NCBI RefSeq assembly: GCF_018977255.1
Contig: NW_024704755.1
Coordinates: 62,001 to 126,000, forward strand
Source: Callorhinchus milii
Lineage: Eukaryota
DNA length: 64,000 nt
Direction: 5' to 3'
Part shown: piece by piece, positions 1 through 16,000 of the stretch
Layout of the letters: each line of letters opens with the position of its first letter
How positions within the stretch are numbered: the first letter of the stretch is position 1
Translations under genes and position numbers: made by a program
The notes under the pieces: generated by a model
Databases searched by the model: none
What the model saw: only the letters and a program-made list of their open reading frames with translations
What the model was told of the DNA's origin: nothing

Positions 1-30
1 GATATTCAAAAGCCTAAGGCTGGCCACTTA

Positions 31-4387
<4,357 letters not shown>

Positions 4388-4554
4388 CTCACATTCTCCG
4401 GGCGTTCAAACTGTGGCAACGGGGCCGACCTTCAGCGGCTGCTCCGGGCTCTGACCGCGGGCCGGACGGGGCTCGGCGGCTGCTCCGCAAATTGACGATA
4501 CGGTTCAATCCGGGACTGTCAGGGAAAATGGCGATCGATAGCGATCAACAAGAC

Positions 4555-5045
4555 GCACAACGCCGCCCCGGCCTGGCGCCGCCACTGCAGTCCCTCCGCA
4601 CACAGCGCCACTCCGGCCTGGCGCCGCCACTGCAGTCCCTCCGCACACAGCGCCATTCCGGCCTGGCGTCGCCACTGCAGCCCCTCCGCACACAGCGCCA
4701 CTCCGGCCTGGCGCCGCCACTGCAGCCCCTCCGCACACAGCGCCATTCCGGCCTGGCGCCGCCACTGCAGCCCCTACGCACACAGCGCCACTCCGGCCTG
4801 GCGCCGCCACTGCAGCCCCTCCGCACACAGCGCCACTCCGGCCTGGCGCCGCCACTGCAGCCCCTCCGCACACAGCGCCACTCCGGCCTGGCGCCGCCAC
4901 TGCAGCCCCTCCGCACACAGCGCCACTCCGGCCTGGCGCCGCCACTGCAGCCCCTCCGCACACAGCGCCACTCCGGCCTGGCGCCGCCACTGCAGCCCCT
5001 CCACACACAGCGCCACCCCGGCCTGGTGCCGCCACTGCAGCCCCT
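4555..5045. repeat. 45-bp CpG-rich minisatellite upstream of VPS4A
   Basis: 11 copies of CCGCACACAGCGCCACTCCGGCCTGGCGCCGCCACTGCAGCCCCT. Confidence 0.95.
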
Positions 5046-5239
5046 CAACAACAACAACAAGATTCCATTTATAAAGCGCCTTTCACGTCAGGAGGACGTC
5101 CCATAACACATAGCACATGGCGCCGCGCAGGTGAGGAATAGGAAGGTGTAGCCGCGCTTCTTAGTCCTTTCGTTGGCTTCACAAACGAAGTGAAAAAAAA
5201 ACCTCCGCTTCATGGCCGTTTGGTCACAAGTATTACATA

Positions 5240-6240
5240 TATTTACACACAGGAATAGGCCATTCAGCCCAACCAGTACATGGCGTTGTTTATACTCCAC
5301 GAGTCTACAAACTCCTTACTCCCTCCCAATCCCTTTTATTTCTTGTGTACGTTTTGCTTCCTTTTGAATGCAATCTACACTATCTGTTTCCGCCACCGCT
5401 TGACGATCCTCTGAGTGAAGTAGTTCCTGCTAAATTCTCTTTTTGACTTTTATATTTGTATCCACTGGTTACAAGCACCGAGACCAGTCGGAACAGCCTA
5501 TTTATCTTAGCCTTATCAAACACTTTAATTTTTAACATCTCTTAAACAAAAAACATTCTAATCTTTCCATCTATCCTTGTAGCAGTAACCTGCCTTAGTG
5601 CGCTCCTTCCATCACTGCTATATTGTTCTTGGTAGTGGTGAGAGAATTGCACACAGTACTTCAAACGTTTTATATAAATTCAACATTACCTCCTAACTTT
5701 TATACTCTCTCGCTCTGGATATAAAGCCCCAAACCTCATCAGCCATTTTTTTATAAAAAATCTGAATTCTCAAATCTTCGCTTGTCTACTCCTTGGCTTA
5801 CTGCCATCTCGGGTACAGACTCCTTTTTTTTCTGCCAAAATGAATTGCTTTGCATTTTCTTATGTTAAGCTTAATTTGCCATCTGTCTGTCCATTCTAGT
5901 AGCTTGTTTATGTCTACCTGCATTCCTCTTTAACTATTTAGTATGCTTCTATTCTCAAAGGTTGGGGTTATCTGCAAATTTTACACACCATATTTCTGAA
6001 TCCAAATCATTTATGTATATCATATACAGTGAACCCTGCATTGAACACATAACTAGTCATTCAACATCCCAGCTATTAAAGTACTTTGGAGACGCTGTAC
6101 TTTGGATAACTAGTCAACTCTGATAAGTAGTCATTTGAGTTATTTCCCTTGGCGTGAAAAGTTATTAGTTTCACTGTACAGTATTTGGTGGCTGAAGTCC
6201 TAACCCCACAAAACACCACTTCTGATCTCTAACCCAAATA
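5240..6240 (-). mobile_element. Degraded CR1-type LINE fragment
   Basis: Remnant motifs such as GAATTGCACACAGTACTTCAA (LEYCVQF on minus), ATCTGCAAA and AGGCCATTCAGCCC. Similar fragments at 12290-12600, 31910-32250 and 47100-47310. Confidence 0.55.
6027..6176. mobile_element. Tc1/mariner-pogo (Tigger-like) MITE nested in the CR1 fragment
   Basis: TA|CAGTGAAC ... GTTTCACTG|TA: terminal inverted repeats with a TA target duplication. Confidence 0.6.
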
Positions 6241-7509
6241 AGAACTGCCTTTTATCAATTAGTCACAATAAAACACAAAATCAAAAGCATAGGTTTTATT
6301 TATGTACATGCTATTTACAGTTAAGAAAACATGATAGTATTAGGTTTCAGTAAAGCAATGTACAATACTCTATCTATAATACATATTCTGATAAAGCACT
6401 AAGAGAATGGCATCCTGGCAGAGGCTGGTGCAGAGACCACCTATGGTGTTTACACTTTGGTATTTCATTTCAGTTTATGAAACAAAGCAAGTTCAGTGAC
6501 AAAGGGAATCGCTGCATAAAGTCTGATTCAGTTAAAAAAATAAATTTATTTTTCTCTTGACAGCTTTCTGTTTCTGATACTCAGGAATTCATCACATTAA
6601 TAGTAAAGGCAGTAATCACAGGAGAAGGATTAATAATAACTTCCATTGACACTACAATATAGGCTTAAACCCAATATCACTGAACTCAGTAAATTAGGAA
6701 CTCTTAATGTAAGACAAGAGATTCAGTTGATCAGCAGTGTGGGTTTGTAGTTAGGTCTGCAACTTGTGCAGGCTAAAGGAACAATGTTCATCTTAAGACA
6801 CTAAAGTCAGGTACTGGCACTCTAACATAGTACTGGTATGTGCAAACAACACAAAATGTAGATCGAGTGTAAAATGCAGAGGCCTTCGTGTTATTTCAGA
6901 TGCAAACAAGTTGTGAATATACCTATGTCTATATAGTGATTACCTCAAGTTCTAGATTTAAACTCGTGAGACAAACACAACTCTACTGACCATAGCATCA
7001 ATACTGAGATAGCCGCCTCAAGTCCAGTTTTTTTGTTAAACATGCAGAAACCCATCACTATACTTGAGTCTCCAAACCACTCCTCTGAGTTTCACAAATA
7101 TATGGTTTTGATTTATCTGGTGATGGTATACACTCTCCTCCCCAGAGTGAAAGACCCTGCTGACCTAAACCTGGCAAGAGCCAAGGCTTGGGAAAGCAAG
7201 AATGTGCATCAGGTACTACTGAAGTTAAAGCAGAAAAAGCTGCACAGAATACTATGATGAACACTCATAAAGTTCCTGCAGCTTATCCAGCTGGATCATC
7301 CACCAGTTGGGCAATCAGTAGAAGTGGCCCGAGGACTGTCAAGAAGCGGCCCCTCCATACATTTGCAAGAATATTGATAAGTCTGTTCAATCAGGAATGT
7401 GTTTTCAATTTTTTCTTGATTGAATACTTCTTAATTTATAGAGTAAATCAAGAAATATTCAATGAAGAAAATATATTTTGTTGGATAACCACAAAGTTAG
7501 CTAATATTC

Positions 7510-7935
7510 TGATAGTAAATAGAATTCAAGATCCTCATCCTCACCTACAAGGCCATTCACGGCCTTGCTCCCTCCTACCTCTCCAACCTACTATCCCCCT
7601 ACTTACCTGCCCGTACCCTCCGTTCCTCTGGCTCCGGTCTGCTCCACATCGCCCGCCCCAACCGCCTTCAGCCTCTCAGCCCCGAGGCTCTGGAACTCCA
7701 TCCCCCAGTGCCTTCGTCTTGCTCCCTCCCTTTCCTCCTTCAAGGCCGGTCTCAAGACCTTTCTCTTTGACCGTGCCTTCAGCTCCCCTCTCGACTCTCT
7801 ACCCCCACCTCGCTCCCTCCCTTCCCTCCCCTCACCCTGACCATTTCCCCCCTGCTCGGGTCCCGACCCAACTGTCCAGTGCCTTGGAACGTCTTCCCGA
7901 CGTGAAAGGCGCTCTATAAATGCAATCTTGTTGAT
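7510..7935 (+). mobile_element. L2-type LINE 3' end
   Basis: RIQDPHPHL / SAPRLWNSIP frames and the shared 3' tail. Confidence 0.8.
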
Positions 7936-8249
7936 GTAATATATCACAAGGTTAATAATAGGCGTCAGATGGTAATAATCCCAGCGTCCCACGACTGGTC
8001 TGTTCCTTCAAGTCCTGCTAATGAAACAGGTTGGCTGGTTGTCATCAATAGTGCCTTGGAATACTGTGGACCAGCCTTGTGCAGATTCTGAACAAGAGAC
8101 CACCACAGAGTAATAACTCAATTATGATCTTCTATTGCCAAGTGTATCACCTGAGAGCCAACATCATACCGAGTCAAAATTACAATCTTGATGATATGTC
8201 ACTGCCCACCCAAGTGGTACAGTATATAAATGCACCTGTGGTATTGTAA

Positions 8250-8580
8250 CAGTCATGCAGTCAGGGAAGCTCCTAGATTTGATGCTTTGACCACAGTTTG
8301 TTTGTGACCAGGGCAACCTAACAATAGGCCACAGGATCCACAGGCTAGGGAGGCAAGAAATTCCATAGGTTTCTGCTCCTGATCATTATCTACTAATCCC
8401 TGTTGGAAGTGTACGTGCATGGAAGACAGCAGTGAACTGAGCTATAATGCCCTAATGTTTCAATAACTCAAACTCATTCCAGGCTCATATGTGCATACTT
8501 GGGTAAGGTGCTGGGAGGTAATCAGCACCCAGAGAACTATATACGACAATAAACCATTAACTTCAGGAAGTGGGATGTCA
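8250..8580 (+). mobile_element. Ancient SINE-like interspersed repeat, family not firmly identified
   Basis: GGCTAGGGAGG..TTCTGCTCCTGATC..CTTGGGTAAGGT motifs; related antisense remnants at about 17900-18070 and 42220-42320. Confidence 0.4.
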
Positions 8581-10020
8581 GCAAATTTGTTTGGGTCAGT
8601 CTTTCTAGTGGCAAGCAAACATCTTTACTTCCAACACTTCATGGTTGTCAGTAACAGTCATTTCTCAAGAAGCCATCAAGTCATTGTGGAATAGCAGAAT
8701 AGGAGATCAACAGCCTATAGTTGATGGTCATTGTAACACAACAAAGAAAGCCAGAGAATACAACTGCTGCCCCATTTCCAATCCGCCCACCTACCCAAGC
8801 AGTACGTCAATGAGGTGGAGTGTCAAGAACGGAGGAGGAAATATGCAGTAGGATTGGAGTGTCACATTGCTACCTTCAATCAGGTGCAGTTGCTACATTG
8901 CTTGGAGTGGGAACAAGAGGAACCAGCAAGGAGTCCAACACTGCATTCAAAGCTTGGGCAGTAACTCAGTGGTATACAATGTGTATAACTGAGACATTGT
9001 GGAAAGGTCTGGGCAAGACCTTGATCACGCAAATGCTCGTAGAGGTTAAAGAACATGATCTTAAGGCATGAGGTACAAGTTAATTGCTACAATATACAAT
9101 TAAATGCATCAGAAACACAATACAGTTCAACACAGCAAATAGTTAGCAATCCTAAGAGGTAAGGACAAACTAGCTTTGTGTTTTACATAATAACAATTGG
9201 CTTTATGGTTTACCCTGGAGTGTTTTCACCCATTCAAAATGTGACATTATCAATACGCTAGGCTTCGTATTTGCTGGATGCTAACTTTCCATTTTCTCAA
9301 CCTCTTTCCCCCAAAATGCTAAATCGGTTTTACTACAGAACTTTTCACTAAGCCTGTAGGCCACGTCCACACGTTCAACTCAACGGCTCAAGCAGTCATC
9401 CAGGCTCAGAAAGGTACATCGACTGTTAAAATGCTAAACTAAGGCAGTTCTCAGAACTGACCAAGTGAGGTTCTATAGTTTACACATGGTTACTTCATGA
9501 ACCATCACTCACACTCTCCACACTGAATTACACTAACAGGAAAGTCCAGATCAAAGCTCACACAATTGCCTCCTGCTGCAATGCGAGAATGAGAGGATAA
9601 TGATTAAAACAGAACAAATGTGACAACTTCTGTCTGGCAGAAAGTGAGGCTTGTTTTTCTCAGTTATCAACCTGGTGCTGGAGCAGTGTCTCAACCAAGA
9701 CACAAGGGTAACTAGCATCTTGGGGACAACTTCTTTTACTGCAATATAACAAAAACTACTGGACATTCCAAAATGTAAAACTACATAAATTTCCAGAGCA
9801 AGAAATCTAATATCCAACAATAAAAAAGTCTGTTATTAATAAAAAGGCACATTTGGCAATAAAACATTTGCAGCTTGTAATTGGATGGCAGAACACTGTA
9901 TTCCAGGCCAGGGTCCATCACTGTGTTCCCTGGGGAGGTGGCAGGGCTAGGTGGGAGATTGTGCAATGTATTGAAGGATACTGAGGTTTCTTTTGTGTTC
10001 TCTCCGGCATCACCCATCAC

Positions 10021-13000
10021 TCACACCAAAAGTCCCATTCGTGTCACTTTGGCTGACAGAAATGAATGTATGACAAAAACCACAGGCTTTGGGCAGGAGT
10101 GCAACTCCAGACTCTGGAAGAAAATCAGGGTATGGGAAGAGAACAGAAAATGGATGAAGGTGGGAGGGGAGGAGGGCAGAGAGAGAGAGAGATTAACAAA
10201 CCAGTAACAGTATTTCACAATAAGAAACGTTAATATGCAAATTACAACCCTAATAGAATGTGCAATTCACTTCAATTTCTTAACCTTTCTTTGTGCGTCA
10301 GCTTTATAGTCAAAACTCAATCTACCCCAAACCCTTCATGGCTGGACAGTGCATTGGAAGGTATTTAGATTTGGGAACTCATTGGTGCCACAACTCCATG
10401 TTGGATGATGGACCAGTAATCCATAAACACAGGAGTTACAGATCTGATTTTCTTGCTACCTCACCAGATCTACCAAAGCAGGAAGATAGATCTTTTTAAT
10501 GTCTCCTGTTAATCAGGCAGACCAGTCTCTGATAACAGCTTGCCAGGAGTTAATTTCAATCAGAAACTCATACCCACTGATGATGTGTTATTAATATTGT
10601 AAAGAGTATCTATTCCAGGAAGATTTGGGAAGGAAAGTCAAAAATAAACTGTTAAAAAGCCTTTTACTCACCAGTTCCCCTTCTGGACCCCCAAAATCCA
10701 GATACAGTCGCCTGATCCCATCATCCGCTGACGTCTTTAACCTTTCGAACGGGTATTGGAAAAGGACATTGGTGCTGCCCTCCTGTGACATCGCAAACCC
10801 ATCTTCGTAATCAATGGTTAGTTTGACATCCAATCCATTCCACGTGCATCCTGCAGGTTACCCAAATTAGTGTCACAACAGCAATGTGCCCTCCAGCTGT
10901 GGTTGCCCCTTCCACTAACTTTGTTTGCCCCTCCTACTAACCATGTCTGCCCCTCTCACTCTGGTCCTAACTGCCCCTCCCACCTCCTTTGATCACTTTA
11001 CAGGAAACGAATGTCCTTGCCCAGCAAAACCACTCCTACATATTAGGGTTAATTGGCAACTTTATTTTTATCTTACTCTTCACTAGTTCCGTTTGTATAG
11101 AATCACAACAGCGGCAACTAAACCAAAAGGTGGAATCTGGAGGATTATGCTGAAACATGACTGCGGTCATGGGAGTTAGGATCTTGCTAGCACAAATGGC
11201 ACATTTGCCTACACAAACAGTCTTGACAGTAATTGTCTGAAGTGTTTTCAGAAGCTGATATAAGGTGCAATATGGAAACTATTTTCTTTCATGATTTCCG
11301 TGAGCTTCTGACCCTAAAGCAAAGCCTGAGGCACAACCGATAACTGAGCAGCTTCTCGCGTGCCAGTTCTGGAAAATGGCCCTGAAACAGCCTTGCTAAT
11401 CAATTCTTACCCAATGTCACCTCCTTAATAAGCTCGGCAGCACTATGACATCCTTGAACCAGCATCCGTGTCCATGCTGACAAGTCTCGGTGAGTTTCTA
11501 CACGGAAAATGTGAGTCTCAATCCCTTGCCGTGATCCTGTCCGTGTAGCAAACGTCAGCTCGGAGTTGATTGTTGGGGACCCTCGTGCTGACCCCGAGTG
11601 AACAAGCCTGAAGAGATGGGAAAGGAGTAGAAAGAGAATTGTTTTCATAAGGCTCAAAAAATAATAATAATAATAATAATCCTTGCATTTGATATAGCGC
11701 TTTTCACATCGGGAGAACGTCCCAAAGCGCTTCACAGAACACACTGTAAAGTGAATTGACTGTATATTTGTGGGTGAACGCGGCAGCCAATTGCGCACAG
11801 CAATGTCCCACAAACAGTCGTAGATTGAAAATGACCAATTTAATTATTGTTTTTGGTTTTTGGAGGGATTATTATTAGGCGTGTGGAGTAAGGAAACTTG
11901 CCCAAGGTTTCGCCCTCTGCCTGGAATTGAACTCAGGTCTCTCACTTGCAAAGCGAGTGCTCTAACCACTGAGCTACAGGACTCCACGAGTATACCAAAT
12001 GCAAGGTTATTATAGGAAATAAATGTTGAGAAAATCTGCTTTACGATACATAATTAATTAGAAAGGAACTGAATGTTGTTACATCGGCAAACCTGACAGC
12101 TAATCTGCACCAGTAAAGTTCCACAATAAAGTGATGTGCAGACAATTAATTTGGATTTGGGGCTAAATTTGGCTAAAAAATGACCAGTGCCTCTAAATTA
12201 AAGAAGGTGCTTTTATTATGTGCCATTTGTCCTTAGCCAAATTACGAGGTTTCTGTAACAGGTTTTTAAAAAATTAATTTATTAAAATTCTCAACATTTT
12301 GAATATCCATCCGATCTCCTCTCAGCCTTATCTGACAGCAGTCACAGTTTCTATTGTCTTCCCGATAAATAAAGCCTCTCACCTTCATATCATTTTAGTG
12401 AATTGATTCTGTACTCTCTTTGACCTAATGATTGTTCCTAAAGTGAGATACCCAAAACCATATTCCAGCTCTATCCCAACTAGTGATTTGTTCAGTTTTA
12501 GCGTAACCTTTGGCTTCTGTATTTATAAAACCAAGGATTATCATTAGTTTTTTTCTAAAAATCAAGGTTTTCAATTTGCCTTCCCACTTCTAATCATTTG
12601 CGTTTGATATAGCGCTTTATCACGTCGGCAAGATACCTCAAACGCTTCACAGGATATACTGTAGAGTGGATTGATTTGTATATATTGTGGGTAAAACACA
12701 GCAGCCAATTTGCGCACAGCAATATCCTACAAACAGCCATGTTTCTGCCCACAAAATACAGTCAAACCACTTTACAAAATATTCTGTGAAGCACTTTGAG
12801 ATGTCTGGACAATGTGACAAGGTGCTATATAAAATCTAAGGAATATTATTATATTATTAAGGAGTGAGTGACCAATTTTATTTGGGGAAAGTGCTGACCA
12901 AGACACTGGCAGATTTTAAAGATCCCTTTTAAAGATTTGTGTACATTTGTGTACATTCCTAGGTATCTCAGCTATTGGGACATCCTGCTGACATAAAAGG

Positions 13001-16000
13001 TGCTATATACAAATGTAATTTGTTGTTGCTATTTCACTTCTTTTAAAGTTTTGCCATTTAGTCTACGTTTTCTCTCAGTCTTTGTCTTAAAATGTATCAC
13101 TTCACACTGTTCTATATTAAATTTGATCCAACACCTATCTGCCAATCCACGAATCCGTTTATGTACTCCTGATATTGCTTACAGTCTTGTTCAGTTGGTC
13201 TACTCCCTGTTTTTGTATCATATGCAAACCTGGCCTGTTGTCCACCAGCAGACAGTATTGTACCTGGTGGCCAGCAGTGGATGGCTCTGACTGGGCGAGG
13301 ACCAAGTATCTCGATTCCATGGGACACGGTCGTAAAGAAGCAAGTCTTTATCGGTGAGAACCAGGACAACTGGCTTCCAGTGTTGCCTCCCATCTTCCAC
13401 TTTCAGCTAATGCACAGACAGAACAGATCTCAGCAGAAAGCAACCTTATAGCATGTCACACCCAAAGTAGGCATGAGCAGAAACACACCTGCAACTACAG
13501 GCAGGCACAGGACTAGTTTACACTTGTGAACTGTCTCACCATCCTTCCAAGATATCTCTGTGAGTACAGTACAGCAATTCAGGTTTCCAACCAGATTGAT
13601 CACTTTACCCTCTTCAAAGACTCCCACTCTCAACCCCCTTCTCCTCCCCAATATCCACCCTCAACACCAGCCCCCAGCCCCCCCACCCACCACCAACAAC
13701 AAAATTACACTTATAGAGAGCCTTTCACGTCAGGAGGAAGCCCCAAGGCACTGGACAGTTGGGGGTCAGGATCCAAGAATGGGAAAGGGGTGAGGGAAGG
13801 CAGAGAGGTGGGAAGGCAATCGAAGGGGAGACTGGCCTTGAAGGAGGCAAGGGAGGAAGCGAGGCTAAGGAACTGTGGGGTGGAGTTCCAGAGCATGGGG
13901 GCAGAAAGCTCAGCCACCAATAGTAGGGCGGGAGACATGGAGCAGATCGGAGCCCGCTGAAAGGAGGGAGCGGGCAGGTTGATAGGGAGTCAGCAGGTCA
14001 GAGAGGTAGGAGGGAGCAAGGCCATGGATGGCCTCGAAAGTGAGGATGAGGATCTTGAATTCGATCCTCTGAGGGATGCGGTGCCAGTGGGGTGGGAGTG
14101 ATGGGGTCACGGAGCCTGGTGCGCGAGAGTACACGAGCTGTAGAGTTTTGGATGATCTGCAGTTTGTGAAGGGAAGAGTTGGGAAGGCCGATGAGGAGGG
14201 AATTTCCATAATCGAGCCTTGATGTGACGAATGCGTGGGCGAGGGTTTCAGCAGCCTGAGGGGTGAGGCAGTGGCGGAGTCTGGCAATGTTGCAGAGGTG
14301 GTGGTAGGCAGTGCCGATCATGGTGCTGATTTGGGGAAGAAAGGACAGTTCAGGGTCAAACAAGATACCCAGGTTCCTGACTGGCTTAGTGAGGTTAAGT
14401 GTACAGCCGTGGAGGCTGATGCTGCCAGCGCCTGAGGTCCATTAAGATTTACCTGTTCAGCAAGCCAGCCCACATGTTGGATTTCTCGGTTGCCAGAGGT
14501 ACTGGATGCCAGCATCACGTTGAGCTCTGACAGCATCTGTGGTACCAGGGCTGAGATGTTGGCATAAATCGCAGTGAACCAGGCGTGAGCTGTGGCAGCG
14601 TCTTTACTGCGCAAGATGATGGTGTATCTGCCATCAGGCGAGTGCAGCTCAATCAGCCTGTGGGGGATAGGACAGAGCAGCTCAGCATCATCCATTACAT
14701 ACACCAGGGCAGGGGGAGGAGAAAAAAGGAGCTCAACAGGCTATGAGCTTGGGAGGGTGGGGGGGTGGAATGCATGCACTATCAGCACCAAGTGGGGGGT
14801 GGGGGCAAGAGAGGGACTAGATATACACACTATCTAGTTTTCTTAACAAGTCAACTAACAATTATGCTATTGAGCCTTTCACCTGTTCTCTGGATCGGGC
14901 ATGATCAGATTCCGGGTAATGTAGCACATCTTCAGTGGAAACCTCTTCTGGTCTTTGGCAGTGTTTGGAGGAGTGGAGCCATTGTCCCCCAGTTGAGGAG
15001 ACGATGGCGTTGAGCTGTCCCAGGCAATGTCTGCTATCAACGATGGCTTTTTAAAGTATGCTGTCACTTCTTGGATGTATGTAACTGAATGAGAGAAAAC
15101 AGCACAGTCAGGCTGTGCGTCCACCACACTATCCGCGACTCTATTGGTGGCCAAGTCTTCACATACATGCCTCCAACCCCTGGCATTCCCACCCTCTCTC
15201 ACACTCTCTGTCTGTCTTTAAATCCCACCTAAAAACCTGTCTCTTTGACCAGGCGTATGTTCACCTTCCCCTTGTTTGGTGTTCAGCCCTGTCCTTGTCC
15301 AAAAGATTATCTCTATTATATAATATTAATAATGCTTGCAGTTGTTGTAGCACCTTATCGCGTTTTCTAGATACATAGAAATACAAGTTGCTGTAAATTT
15401 TGCTGAATAGCACTGATCATGCACGTGTCCACTAACTTGTCTATCTTAGAAACTAGTCAAGATTATTTATGGTCAGATCTCCTCCATTTTTATGCAGTTT
15501 ATTACTATTATCATTATTACATGCTCTAGGACCTACTCTGCATGAGGAGCGCTATAAAACGCCAGCTGTTTTCATGAGGGGTGGGGAGCTACTTCCAAAC
15601 CCAAATCTTTTCCTCCTCCAGCTGTGACCTCAGGTCCACTGATGATCTGACTTCTTGCTTGTCAGACATCAAGGCCTGAGCTTCAACTTTCTGCAACTGA
15701 ATGTTGACAAGACAGAAGCCATATTCCTTGGCGCCTGTTAATGACTTCTCACCTGTGGCTCCGAACTCCTTAACCTCCCCGACCAATCCCTCAGACTTAC
15801 TGAACCTGTGTGTAAACTACGTCTCAGGCTCAATTCCCAGCTGTCCCTCCAAGCCCATGTGCAGATCGTGATGAAGCCTGCTTTTCTCCATCTCTGCCAT
15901 ACTGTCTGCCTTCGACTGCATCTTGCAACTGAAACCCTTATCCACACATTTGTCACTTTCCGGCTCAATTATTCTAATGACCTCCTCACCAGTCTCACTA

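Noticed and set aside
8700-9070. Peptide EEEICSRIG resembling an RTE-type LINE
   Set aside because: Too degraded to call by eye.
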